DNA of 64,000 bases from an uncultured Eubacteriales bacterium (GTDB lineage: Bacteria; Bacillota; Clostridia; Oscillospirales; Acutalibacteraceae), in NCBI GenBank assembly GCA_964481575.1, contig CAYZTR010000001.1:46724-110723 (forward strand), given 5' to 3'. Numbering within the stretch: position 1 is the stretch's first letter; each line of letters begins with the position of its first letter. A program made the translations under genes and the position numbers. Below the pieces are notes generated by a model. That model was not told where the DNA came from and searched no databases. It saw only the letters and a program-made list of their open reading frames with translations. Below, piece by piece: positions 55,221 through 64,000 of the stretch.

Positions 55221-55748
55221 ATGAATATTTTGCATGATATTAGCCCCAAACGGATTTCTCCTCACGATTTTATCTGTGTGATTGAGATTTCCAAGGGCAG
55301 CAAAATGAAATACGAATTGGATAAAGAAACCGGAATGCTGAAGCTGGATCGGGTGCTGTATACCTCCACCCATTATCCGGCCAACTACGGGTTCATCCCC
55401 CGGACCCATGCCGATGACGGGGATCCTTTGGACGTGCTGTTGCTGTGCTCCGAGCCCATCCAGCCTATGACTCTGGTGCGGGCTTTCCCCATCGGCATGA
55501 TTACCATGCTGGATTCCGGTAAACGGGATGAAAAAATTATCGCCATTCCCTTCGGCGATCCAACCTATCAGAACTATCACTCTATCCGGGAGCTGCCTGC
55601 CCATGTGTTTGATGAGATGAAGCATTTCTTCTCGGTGTACAAGACCCTAGAGGGCAAGGAAACCGTGGTGGACGAGGTGCAGGATGAAGCGGAGGCTGTG
55701 CAGGTCATCGAAGAGTGCATCGCCAGTTACCGGAACGAATTCTGTTAA
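55221..55748 (+). CDS. ppa: Inorganic diphosphatase, family I
   Basis: KYELDKETG, YPANYGFIP and DGDPLDVLLL. Confidence 0.92.
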   Translation: MNILHDISPKRISPHDFICVIEISKGSKMKYELDKETGMLKLDRVLYTSTHYPANYGFIPRTHADDGDPLDVLLLCSEPIQPMTLVRAFPIGMITMLDSGKRDEKIIAIPFGDPTYQNYHSIRELPAHVFDEMKHFFSVYKTLEGKETVVDEVQDEAEAVQVIEECIASYRNEFC

Positions 55749-55763
55749 ATTACAACCAATAAG

Positions 55764-55804
55764 AAAAACCGTGCAGCTGACAAAAGTCGTTCTGCACGGT
55801 TTTT
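55764..55804. terminator. Bidirectional terminator
   Basis: AAAAACCGTGCAG..CTGCACGGTTTTT. Confidence 0.85.
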
Positions 55805-55822
55805 GTATTATATTCAGCGGCG

Positions 55823-56782
55823 TCATTCAGCCGCGTCGGCTAACAAACAGGCGCGGGTGGCTTCAATGCCGTCAATGCCGGCGGTCAGGGGATTGGCTTC
55901 GCCCTGGCAGTAGGCCCGGAAGGTATCGAAGATGTGCGGGGGCTGCTGCAGCGAGAGGGGCGCTTTGCCGTTTTGTCCGTCTTTCAGGAGAAAGACCTGA
56001 TTGTCCCGTACCTCCAGAATGCCGCCGGTTCCCACGATTCGGAGCCGGTCGTCTCCATGGCTGCCGGCAGCAGCAGGACGCAGGTAGTCGATGTCTACCG
56101 TGGCCATGCCGCCGTGAGATAAGGTCAACAGCAGGGCTGCGGCGGATTCCAGTTCCCCGTGGGCCTGATTGCCGATTGTAGTGGCGCAGGCTGCTGCAGC
56201 GGTACAGGACGCACCGGTATTCCACAGAATCTGATCTACCGAGTGAATGCCTACCCAGGATATTGTGCTGCCGAAGGTGTCCTTATGCCGAAAGAAATCG
56301 GGACGGTTCCCCAGGATGTAGGATTTCTGTCCGTGCAGGAGAAGGGGCGTTCCGATTTCTCCGGCATCGTTTAGAAGTTTGGCGGTGTAGAACCAGGGCT
56401 CAAACCGGGCGGTAAACATGGCAAACAGCTTGGCCGGACTGTTCGCCAGGGCGGTTTCCACCTGCTCCAGTTGGGGCAGTGTGGTGGCCACCGGCTTTTC
56501 GGTATAAACGTGGATGCCCTGTGCCAGCGCGAAGGAAATGATTTCTGCATGACGGCTAAAGACGGTATCTACTGCCACGGCGTCCGGCCGCAGGGTCCGA
56601 AGCATTTCCTGCCAATCTGCAAAACAGGGCGGCGTTTGATCCTTGGAAGCAGCAAACCGCAGAAAATTCTCCGTGGATTCTTCCGGGCCGCTGACCGAAA
56701 CACCTGCCAGCGTTGGAGATTCGGTACCATCAAAAATGCTGCCAATGTGGCCGCCGCAGTCTCCGATGACACAGAGTCTCAT
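55823..56782 (-). CDS. Gfo/Idh/MocA-family oxidoreductase
   Basis: MRLCVIGDCGGH.., HVYTEKP, and overall architecture. Confidence 0.75.
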   Translation of the reverse strand: MRLCVIGDCGGHIGSIFDGTESPTLAGVSVSGPEESTENFLRFAASKDQTPPCFADWQEMLRTLRPDAVAVDTVFSRHAEIISFALAQGIHVYTEKPVATTLPQLEQVETALANSPAKLFAMFTARFEPWFYTAKLLNDAGEIGTPLLLHGQKSYILGNRPDFFRHKDTFGSTISWVGIHSVDQILWNTGASCTAAAACATTIGNQAHGELESAAALLLTLSHGGMATVDIDYLRPAAAGSHGDDRLRIVGTGGILEVRDNQVFLLKDGQNGKAPLSLQQPPHIFDTFRAYCQGEANPLTAGIDGIEATRACLLADAAE

Positions 56783-57996
56783 GCTTTGATACCTCCGAAG
56801 TGGTGCAGAGTCCGGGGATCATAGGCTACCGGTGGGACGGTACCGGCCAGCCCCGTTTCGGACAGGAGCTCCCCGGTTTCATAGCCCCGGGTGATGGCAG
56901 CGGACAACCCCCGCATGACAGTGACCGGATCCTCCCCCACCAGGAAGGTGGCTTCCCTGGGCAGATCGGTGATCCCTACCTGACTGAACAGACCGTTACA
57001 GACAGCCAGGTGGGGCAGGACGGTATGCAGTGTGCAGGGGATGGGAGCGCCGCTTTCAGCTGCCTGCAACAAGGATATCAGCTTTTCATTGAGCTGCTCA
57101 AACTCCTGAGGATTGCCGTAATCAATGGTTTCTCCGGCGTCCGTAAAGGCGTAGACATGGTTATCCTTCCGGGAGACATTAAACTCGATCCGGGCTTTTT
57201 CAAATTGATAGTGAAAGATGGTGGCTTCCTCTCCATCTCCGGAATGGGTGGCGCCAAACCAAAATTTTCCGCCCCCTGGGAAGTCTCCCCGCAGGGTGAC
57301 GGTATCGAAGGAAGCAATGTCCTTGGTTCGGTAAACCTCGGCTTCTACCAGGGAGGGCATGGCCGCTGTATCCGCAGCGTCCCCCAGAACAAAGAAAATA
57401 TTATGAAGATAATGGGCGGTGGCGTTGGTGACCACTGAATCCAGCAGGTAGCTGCCGTCCTTGGCGTACAGTTCCCCTTTCCAGCTGCCTTGATAATAGG
57501 ACAGGGAGCGCTTCCAGCAGATCAGAGACTTCAGCAGCACCGGCTTGCCGAATTTGCCGGCCAGAATGTCAGCTTTTAACCGGCGCATGGGGACAGAAAA
57601 GCTCCATTGGAATCCGACCCCCAGGGTTTTGCCGCTGGCTTCCAGGGCTGTGGCAATGTCTGCTGCGTCATCCAGGGTGGGAACCAGAGGCTTTTCACAC
57701 AGGACGTGAGTGCCATGGGCCAGGGCGGTGCAGACCATGGGTTTGTGACAGGGAATAGGAGTAGTGATAACCGCCAGGTCGGCGGTATTCGTCTGGTAAA
57801 ATTCCTCCAGGGTATCGTAACAGGGGATACCCTGTTCCCGGAGCCAGGCGTAGGAAGGAGCTGTGGCGGCATAAGGATCTACTACCCCGACCAGCTGGCA
57901 GAGGGCTTCATATCGTTGGGGATACTGGCGCAGCAGCGAAGGGTAAACGTCTCCGTATCCGCCGATGCCCACCAAAAGGGTTTTCACTTTGGACAT
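56779..57996 (-). CDS. Gfo/Idh/MocA-family oxidoreductase
   Basis: KTLLVGIGGYG and HVLCEKPL. ATG 57996 follows AGGAGG. The extra codons of track ORF ..58140 were discarded. Confidence 0.8.
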   Translation of the reverse strand: MSKVKTLLVGIGGYGDVYPSLLRQYPQRYEALCQLVGVVDPYAATAPSYAWLREQGIPCYDTLEEFYQTNTADLAVITTPIPCHKPMVCTALAHGTHVLCEKPLVPTLDDAADIATALEASGKTLGVGFQWSFSVPMRRLKADILAGKFGKPVLLKSLICWKRSLSYYQGSWKGELYAKDGSYLLDSVVTNATAHYLHNIFFVLGDAADTAAMPSLVEAEVYRTKDIASFDTVTLRGDFPGGGKFWFGATHSGDGEEATIFHYQFEKARIEFNVSRKDNHVYAFTDAGETIDYGNPQEFEQLNEKLISLLQAAESGAPIPCTLHTVLPHLAVCNGLFSQVGITDLPREATFLVGEDPVTVMRGLSAAITRGYETGELLSETGLAGTVPPVAYDPRTLHHFGGIKA

Positions 57997-58107
57997 AACA
58001 ATTACCTCCTGAGAGTTTGAAATAAGAAAGCACTTTATTTTAGCACATTTCTTCCCCTTTGAAAAGGGACTTTTTCCGGGATTTTCGGGAAGATCTATGA
58101 AAAGGGA

Positions 58108-58422
58108 TTGACAAACGAGAAAAAAACGTGTAAAATTCATTTAACCAAAATGCAACATGAATTTAGAAATTCAGAAACCAATGAGCAAGAGTAGTAAGCG
58201 TCAGTCGGGCCGGACAGAGAGCTGCAGATGGTGGAATTGCAGCGGGTTTTTATGACGCCTAATGGACTTGTGAGGGCAAGCTGAACAGGGACATTCCCCT
58301 TAGTAGGTGCGCCGGTACCCGCCGTTATCGGGAGGAGCCGCACTGGGAAACCGGTGAATTTGGGTGGTACCGCAGGAAATGATTCTTGTCCCATACTTTG
58401 GGGCGGGAATTTTTTATTTTTT
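58108..58422 (+). promoter_or_regulatory. Promoter plus T-box leader (Trp specifier)
   Basis: Promoter TTGACA-17-TAAAAT (58108..58136). Stem I elements are AGTA.., AGAGAG..GGTGGAA. The candidate specifier is AA-TGG-A (TGG at 58263..58265). The T-box sequence AATTTGGGTGGTACCGCAGG (58357..58376) is near consensus. The terminator is ATTCTTGTCCC..GGGGCGGGAAT followed by TTTTTTATTTTTT (58382..58422). Confidence 0.85.
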
Positions 58423-58447
58423 CATTTTAGAAAGAAGGAATTTTGTC

Positions 58448-59461
58448 ATGAAGAAATGCAGCAAACTGTTGGCTCTGGCGCTTTGCCTGGTCCTGATGGT
58501 CGCGGCTTTTGGGGCCTGCGGCGGAACGGAAGAAGCCGGTTCCGGTGCGGTGGATCTGTCCACTGCCAAGATTGGCATCATCCAGTATATTAGCCATCCC
58601 TCGCTGGATAACTGCTATGACGGTATCATGCAGGGGCTAACCGAGGCTGGTGTCTCGGAGAGTCAGGTGACCCGGCAGGTGGGGTCTGATGCTTCCGCCG
58701 AGGCCGACTGCTCTACCTATGCCCAGAATATGGTGGCCCAGAACTATGACCTGATTTTTGCCATCGCTACTCCGGCTGCCACTGCTGCCGCCGCCGCTGT
58801 GGAAGGTACCAACGTTCCGGTAATCTTCTGCGCGGTATCTGATCCTGTGGCCCCTGGTCTGGTGGCCAGCATGGACGCCCCCGGCGGGAATGTAACCGGT
58901 ACCTCTGACGTGCTGAATCTGGATGCCCAGGTGGATCTGATCCAGGCCATGCAGCCGGATGTGAAATCCATCGGCGTGCTTTACACCACCAGCGAGGCCA
59001 ATTCCATCACCCAGCTGGGTAATCTGCAGGAAGTCTGCGACGCCCGGGGTATTCAGGTGGTTGCTACCGGTGTGCAGGGGGCCAGCGATGTGCCTGCCGC
59101 CGCTACTGCACTGGTGGGCCAGGTTGACTGTGTGAATAACTTCACCGACAATAACGTGGTGAACAATCTGTCGGTTCTGGTGGATGCGGCCAACGCGGCC
59201 GGAATCCCGGTTTATGGCTCCGAGGTGGAGCAGGTAAAGAACGGTTGTCTGGCTTCCATGTCCATTGACTATGTGGCGCTGGGCAAGGTAACCGGCGAGA
59301 TGGGCGTTAAGGTGCTGAATGGGGAGTCCGCCGCCACCATGGCGGTGGAAACCATTTCCGAGGCCACCCCGGTGATCAATACCGACGTGACCGCTGCCCT
59401 GAACATTGCCATTCCGGATGCCTATTCGGAGGCCGAGACCGTTACCACCAACGCGGAATAA
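58448..59461 (+). CDS. ABC transporter substrate-binding lipoprotein (ABC_sub_bind/TrpX-like)
   Basis: Lipobox MVAAFGACGG. IGIIQYISHPSLD and GVLYTTSEANS are typical of this SBP family. Confidence 0.8.
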   Translation: MKKCSKLLALALCLVLMVAAFGACGGTEEAGSGAVDLSTAKIGIIQYISHPSLDNCYDGIMQGLTEAGVSESQVTRQVGSDASAEADCSTYAQNMVAQNYDLIFAIATPAATAAAAAVEGTNVPVIFCAVSDPVAPGLVASMDAPGGNVTGTSDVLNLDAQVDLIQAMQPDVKSIGVLYTTSEANSITQLGNLQEVCDARGIQVVATGVQGASDVPAAATALVGQVDCVNNFTDNNVVNNLSVLVDAANAAGIPVYGSEVEQVKNGCLASMSIDYVALGKVTGEMGVKVLNGESAATMAVETISEATPVINTDVTAALNIAIPDAYSEAETVTTNAE

Positions 59462-59589
59462 CAGTTGTATATCCAGGGAGGGGCTTCTGCCCGGGAGCCC
59501 CTCCCTTCTTCGGCCACAGGAGGCCAGGAGGTATCTGGTTCACCTGATGCCTGCTGGCCATTTATGACCGGTATTGAGAGGTTTTGCTT

Positions 59590-60522
59590 ATGTCGCTGTT
59601 TACGATTCTCAGCTCAGCAGAGGTTGCTCTGGCTCTGGGGCTGATTTATTCCATTATGGCTATGGGGTACTATATCTCCTATACGATTCTGGACTTTCCC
59701 GATTTGACGGTGGAGGGTTCGGTGGTCAGCGGGGCGGTGGCCTTTGGCCTGTTGACCCAGGCCGGTTGTAACAGCTGGCTGATTATGCTGATGACTTTTG
59801 TGGTGGGATGCGCTGCCGGATTCCTGACCGGCTTTTTGCATGTTGTGCTCAAAATCCGGGATCTTCTTTGCGGAATTCTGGTTTCCACCTTCCTGATCTC
59901 GGTGAATCTACTAATTACCGTGGTGGGGCAGGGGGGCAAATGGGACGGTTCCGGCGCCTTAACCACCATCCCGGTTAAAACCACCATTTTCAACACCAAG
60001 CCGGCTTCTTTTCTGCCCCAAAATATCAACAATATCAAAGTGCGGGAATTCATCGTCTGTCTGGCAGTGGCCCTGGTGGTGAAATTGCTGGTGGACTGGT
60101 TTTTGAAGACCAAATGCGGCCTGCTGCTTCGGGCCGCCGGGAACAACACCCAGTATGTGACCATGATGGCCAAAAATCCCGGCTATTCCAAGATTCTGGG
60201 TCTTGCCCTGGGGAACGGCATGGCCGCTGTGACCGGGGCGCTTCTGTGCCAGCAGCGTTCCTCTACCGATCAGTCTATGGGATTGGGTATGGTAGTCATC
60301 GGTATCGCTTCGGTGATTATCGGCCTGTCGGTATTCGGAAAAGTGCGTTGGATGAAGCCTACCACCAAAGTAATCCTGGGCGCCGTCATCTACCAGATGG
60401 CGCTGGGTATTGCCACCTTGGTGGGGGTTCCTTCCAGCTACAATAAGGCTCTGATGGCCATTCTCTTTACGGTGGCGCTGGTGGTCAGCGATACCCTGAG
60501 CAAGAAACGGAGGGCCGCCTGA
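59590..60522 (+). CDS. ABC transporter permease
   Basis: Polytopic membrane protein between the SBP and ATPase genes. ATG 59590 follows GAGAGG. Confidence 0.85.
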   Translation: MSLFTILSSAEVALALGLIYSIMAMGYYISYTILDFPDLTVEGSVVSGAVAFGLLTQAGCNSWLIMLMTFVVGCAAGFLTGFLHVVLKIRDLLCGILVSTFLISVNLLITVVGQGGKWDGSGALTTIPVKTTIFNTKPASFLPQNINNIKVREFIVCLAVALVVKLLVDWFLKTKCGLLLRAAGNNTQYVTMMAKNPGYSKILGLALGNGMAAVTGALLCQQRSSTDQSMGLGMVVIGIASVIIGLSVFGKVRWMKPTTKVILGAVIYQMALGIATLVGVPSSYNKALMAILFTVALVVSDTLSKKRRAA

Positions 60523-61295
60523 TGATCGAATTGAAGGGAATCACCAAGTTTTTTAACAAAGGCACAGTGGATGAAAATACGGTATTTGACAGGTTTGATT
60601 TCACGGTGCAGGATCATGATTTTATCTCGGTGGTGGGGTCAAACGGCTCTGGGAAAACCACCATGCTGAACCTGATCTGCGGTTCCTACGCGCCCGATGG
60701 GGGACAGGTGCTGTTTGATGGGGTGGACGTGACCCGCCAGCCGGAATATCGCCGGGCCGCGCATATCGGCCGGGTGTTTCAGGATCCCCGAATGGGCACC
60801 AGCGGGGAATTGACCATTCTGGAAAATATGGCTTTGGCCGACAACAAGGGTCGGTTTTATGGCTTGACCCCCGGCATTAATAAGCGGCGGATCACCGAGT
60901 ACCAAACCCTGCTGGAACAGTGCAATATGGGGCTGGAAAATCGTCTGGGCACCCAGGTGGGTGCGCTTTCCGGTGGCCAGCGGCAGGCTCTGGCCCTGAT
61001 TATTGCCACGATGTCTGACTTAAAGCTGCTGATTTTGGATGAGCACACCGCCGCCCTGGATCCCAAGGCGGCCGAAACCATCATGGAGCTGACCCAAAAG
61101 GTGGTTTCTGAGAAGAAGCTGACTACCCTGATGGTGACCCATAACCTCCGGTACGCCGTGGAATACGGCAATCGCATGGTGATGATGCATGAGGGCCGGG
61201 CAGTAATGGATCTGGATGCCGCCGCAAAAGAACAGGCTTCCATTGACGATATTCTCAACCGCTTTAACCAAATCAGCATCGAGCGGGGCAATTGA
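60522..61295 (+). CDS. ABC transporter ATP-binding protein
   Basis: GSNGSGKTT, LSGGQRQ and LILDEHTAALD. Confidence 0.92.
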   Translation: MIELKGITKFFNKGTVDENTVFDRFDFTVQDHDFISVVGSNGSGKTTMLNLICGSYAPDGGQVLFDGVDVTRQPEYRRAAHIGRVFQDPRMGTSGELTILENMALADNKGRFYGLTPGINKRRITEYQTLLEQCNMGLENRLGTQVGALSGGQRQALALIIATMSDLKLLILDEHTAALDPKAAETIMELTQKVVSEKKLTTLMVTHNLRYAVEYGNRMVMMHEGRAVMDLDAAAKEQASIDDILNRFNQISIERGN

Positions 61296-61313
61296 AAAAA
61301 TGAGTTTGCATTG

Positions 61314-61349
61314 CAGCCTTTCCGGCCTAAACCGGGGAGGCTGTTTTTT
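61314..61349 (+). terminator. Intrinsic terminator
   Basis: CAGCCTTTCCGG-CCTAAA-CCGGGGAGGCTG followed by TTTTTT. Confidence 0.8.
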
Positions 61350-61356
61350 GTCAGGA

Positions 61357-61806
61357 ATGCCAACATGGGAAAGGGCGGTGATCACTGCGGCCACGGCAGA
61401 CGGCCGCACCGTTTCCTGTGAGTTAGCCGGGTATTATACCGGTTGGATTCCGGTCCCTGTCGGTGCAAATCAGTTGGCTTCTGTTTGGTTATATGTCCAA
61501 GGATATAGTACGGATTCCTACAACAATGTTACGCTAGAATATGCGCCGGACAAAACCGTCCCGCTGGTGGTAAGCACGAGCTTTGATGTGACGGCGTATG
61601 TTCATAAGTCGGAGGATGATACATGGAAGTTACACTTTCCCGACGTGGGATTCTGGACGTTAGATCCGCCGGAGGACGGCAGCCCGGATGATTACGAGGT
61701 ATGGATCGGTTATTATTCCACTTCCGATTTATCGGCGCTGAATGTTCAGTGGAGCTCCTGGGATCCCTCTGCAGCCCCCTGTGTGAGAAGCATACGTTCC
61801 ACATAG
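61357..61806 (+). CDS. Hypothetical protein (possibly a gene fragment)
   Basis: 149-aa reading frame after the terminator. It has no signal peptide, no convincing RBS and no motif I recognise. Confidence 0.3.
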   Translation: MPTWERAVITAATADGRTVSCELAGYYTGWIPVPVGANQLASVWLYVQGYSTDSYNNVTLEYAPDKTVPLVVSTSFDVTAYVHKSEDDTWKLHFPDVGFWTLDPPEDGSPDDYEVWIGYYSTSDLSALNVQWSSWDPSAAPCVRSIRST

Positions 61807-61949
61807 GGGGCTTCTTTTACAAGGGGTATCGGAGCGGGAATGTTGGAGACTTTTGTAAGGAATTCAAGGTCTGTTTACAATTTCGCGACTCAATTTGCAA
61901 ATTTATTTTATATGCTGAGAACCAGCAAATTGAAAGCGGAGGGATTTCC

Positions 61950-63650
61950 ATGTATATTTTGCGAGGTGCCTTGCGGAACATTTCCCGTGCCAAAGGGCGC
62001 AACATCTTGATGGGGATTATTGCCCTGGTGATTGCCGTTTCTTCCTGTCTGGCCCTTTCCATTCGGGAGTCGGCGAAGAAAGAAAAGGAGGACTTGCTGT
62101 CCTCCAGCACCATTTCCGCCCAGATCACCATGGATCGGACAGCAGTTATGCAGAACGCTCAGGCCGCCGACGGCGAATTCAGCCGGGATACGGCTGCTTC
62201 TGCCTTGCAGGAAATGGATGCCATGACGCTGGAGGAATACGAAGCCTATGCTTCCGTGGACGGCGTGGCTTCCACCAATTATTCCGTAACCGTTTCACTC
62301 TCGGCAGGGGAGGAAGTGGATCCAGTGGACGTTACCGGTTCCTTTTCCAGAACGGAGGAAGATACCGGAACGCAGGAAGCGGCAGGCGGTTCCGGTGGAT
62401 CCTTCAACGGTGAAGCCGCTGGCGGCCGGGGGAGCTTTCAGGGGAAAATGGGAACCCAGGGGGACTTTACCCTGATCGGCTACAGTGAAGCAGCTGCTAT
62501 GACCAATTTTTTGGACGGGACGGCATCGGTTACCGAGGGATCTGCTATTGAGGCGGCCATTTTTTCCGGTACAACCGTAACTGCCGAGGATGGAACAGTG
62601 GCTTATGCCTGTATGATTCATCAGGAGCTAGCCACGCAAAACGAGCTGGCAGTTGGCGACGTATTCACCCTCTGTAACCCTAATGACGAGGCCGAAACAG
62701 TATCCTTTTTCATTGCCAGCATTTATACTGCCGACAGCACGCAGGATGCCGGCATCATGCAGTTTTCCACCGCCACCGACACGGCAAACCAGATTTATCT
62801 CAGTGCAGAGGCGCTGACGGAGATTTTGGAGAACTCGGCGGCCGGCGCCACTGTCACCACCGATGAGACCACCGGCCGAACCACCTCCACGGCCATGACC
62901 TCCCAACTGGCCTATCATTACATTTTTGCTACGGTGGAGGATTACGACATCTTTAGCGCAGCCATGGAGGAGGTTTTGCCCGATGGATACACCATTTCCT
63001 CTACCGATCTGGCGGCTTATGAAAACAGTTTGCTCCCCTTGGAGAACCTGTCTCAAATGGCAGATTGGTTCCTGGTGGTGGTCTTTGCCATCGGCGCGGT
63101 CATTTTGATTATTCTGCACATTTTCCATATCCGAGAGCGGAAATATGAAATCGGTGTGCTGGCAGCCATGGGCATGAAAAAGGGAAAGATCGCGCTGCAA
63201 TTCTTTACGGAAATTCTGGTGGTGACCATGGCTGCTATGATTCTGGGGGCCGGAATTGGCGCCTGCACCAGTGTCCCGGTGACGAATGCCCTGCTGTCCT
63301 CCCAGATCAGTGCCAATACGGCCCAGGCCGAGACCCTACAGGCCAATTTCGGGGAAGATACCAAGATTGGTGCCGCTGGGAAGGACGCTAATATGGGCGG
63401 CTTTGGCGACGGCACCCTGCCTCAGAACGGCATAGGTGACGCAGGCGCTCTAGGCGGTAAGGGGGGCTTCATGGGGAATATGGTACAATCTGCTGCCAAT
63501 TATGTGGACAGTGTTTCCTATGCCACCGACCTGACGGTGGTGCTGGAACTGCTGGGCGTGGGATTATTGCTGACTATTTTGTCCAGCTTGACCGCACTGA
63601 TCTGCATCTTGCGGTATGAACCGCTGCAGATTCTCAGCAACCGGGATTGA
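61950..63650 (+). CDS. FtsX/MacB-type ABC transporter permease with a large extracytoplasmic domain
   Basis: The N-terminus is RGALRNISRAKGRNILMGIIALVIAVSS. The C-terminal FtsX helices include REIGVLAAMGMKKGKI-type (ERKYEIGVLAAMGMKKGKIALQF). ATG 61950 follows GGAGGG. Confidence 0.85.
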   Translation: MYILRGALRNISRAKGRNILMGIIALVIAVSSCLALSIRESAKKEKEDLLSSSTISAQITMDRTAVMQNAQAADGEFSRDTAASALQEMDAMTLEEYEAYASVDGVASTNYSVTVSLSAGEEVDPVDVTGSFSRTEEDTGTQEAAGGSGGSFNGEAAGGRGSFQGKMGTQGDFTLIGYSEAAAMTNFLDGTASVTEGSAIEAAIFSGTTVTAEDGTVAYACMIHQELATQNELAVGDVFTLCNPNDEAETVSFFIASIYTADSTQDAGIMQFSTATDTANQIYLSAEALTEILENSAAGATVTTDETTGRTTSTAMTSQLAYHYIFATVEDYDIFSAAMEEVLPDGYTISSTDLAAYENSLLPLENLSQMADWFLVVVFAIGAVILIILHIFHIRERKYEIGVLAAMGMKKGKIALQFFTEILVVTMAAMILGAGIGACTSVPVTNALLSSQISANTAQAETLQANFGEDTKIGAAGKDANMGGFGDGTLPQNGIGDAGALGGKGGFMGNMVQSAANYVDSVSYATDLTVVLELLGVGLLLTILSSLTALICILRYEPLQILSNRD

Positions 63651-63666
63651 GAAAGGAGAAACCAGT

Positions 63667-64000
63667 ATGCATGTATTGGAATTAGAGCATTTGGATTATC
63701 GCTATGCCGGGGAACAGGTGCAGGTGTTGACCGATCTGAATTTCGCCTTTGACGCTGGCCAGACGTATGCCATCGTGGGGCGCTCCGGCGCAGGAAAAAC
63801 CACCCTGCTTTCTCTGCTATCCGGACTGACCAAGCCCACCGGCGGACGGATTTTGTTCGGCGGACAGGATATTGCTGCGATGGATCAGTATTTGTACCGC
63901 TCCCGCTATGTGGGCGTTATCTTCCAGAGTTTCAACCTGTTGCCCCAGCTGACAGCCGCTGAGAACATTGTATTGTCCATGGATATTGCCGGCGTCAAGG
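63667..64000 (+). CDS. ABC transporter ATP-binding protein (N-terminal part, runs off the window)
   Basis: Own translation gives MHVLELEHLDYRYAGEQVQVL..IVGRSGAGKTTLLSLL..FQSFNLLPQLTAAENI, a MacB/LolD-like Walker A and Q-loop. ATG follows GAAAGGAG. Confidence 0.88.
   Translation, partial: MHVLELEHLDYRYAGEQVQVLTDLNFAFDAGQTYAIVGRSGAGKTTLLSLLSGLTKPTGGRILFGGQDIAAMDQYLYRSRYVGVIFQSFNLLPQLTAAENIVLSMDIAGVK

Noticed and set aside
57997-58140. N-terminal extension of the second Gfo/Idh/MocA ORF
   Set aside because: ATG 57996 has a perfect AGGAGG RBS and gives the typical MSKVKTLLVGIGGYG Rossmann start. The extension overlaps the divergent T-box promoter.
1-64000. Search for CRISPR arrays, rRNA/tRNA genes, transposases and integrases
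   Set aside because: I saw no regularly spaced direct repeats, no tRNA-like cloverleaf candidates in the intergenic regions I read, and no ORF with DDE, tyrosine or serine recombinase motifs. Absence by eye is not proof.

Overview
This 64 kb chromosomal segment comes from a fairly high-G+C Firmicutes/Clostridia-type genome. Assigning it to Oscillospiraceae/Ruminococcaceae is my inference from gene order, a dockerin-bearing protein and T-box leaders, and I cannot verify it here. All calls rest on my own reading of the ORF-track proteins and the DNA; no database searches were possible, and RNA and regulatory coordinates are approximate.

Most of the window is housekeeping sequence in Bacillus-like syntenic blocks:
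- SRP RNA-dnaX-ybaB-recR
- hisHF
- galU
- rlmH, a walJ-like MBL hydrolase and murA
- M23 peptidase, FHA-RodA, PBP and rsmA
- prfA, amidase, tsaC, coaE and an SLT transglycosylase
- decarboxylase-darA-holB-ricT-fdx-yabB-rsmI
- a two-component system, DUF1385-prmC and recA-recX-rimO-pgsA
- Cys T-box-cysE-cysS
- ppa, two Gfo/Idh/MocA oxidoreductases, a Trp T-box with an ABC importer, and a MacB-type ABC transporter

Non-coding elements I can support are a 4.5S-like SRP RNA, two T-box riboswitches, several near-consensus sigma-A promoters and many intrinsic terminators. I saw no rRNA, tRNA, CRISPR array or intact mobile element.

The clearly atypical part lies directly downstream of rsmI, at about 28.5-36 kb. 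It contains an A+T-rich decayed stretch with a frameshifted XRE-family regulator, a CadC/ArsR-HMA-P1B-ATPase metal efflux operon, and a compact three-gene minus-strand operon. That operon encodes (i) a TIR domain fused to a V4R-type ligand-binding module, (ii) a divergent L-asparaginase-fold protein and (iii) a multi-TM, Rossmann and RyR-repeat protein. I do not recognise this combination as any named defence system, so it is my top candidate for an undescribed TIR/NAD-based conflict system.

Secondary curiosities:
- a structured, terminator-containing murA leader plus an orphan roughly 105-nt promoter-to-terminator unit
- an HprK-like kinase and PqqD pair with no RiPP enzymes nearby
- an FHA-RodA fusion
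- a tandem-AbrB zinc-ribbon protein
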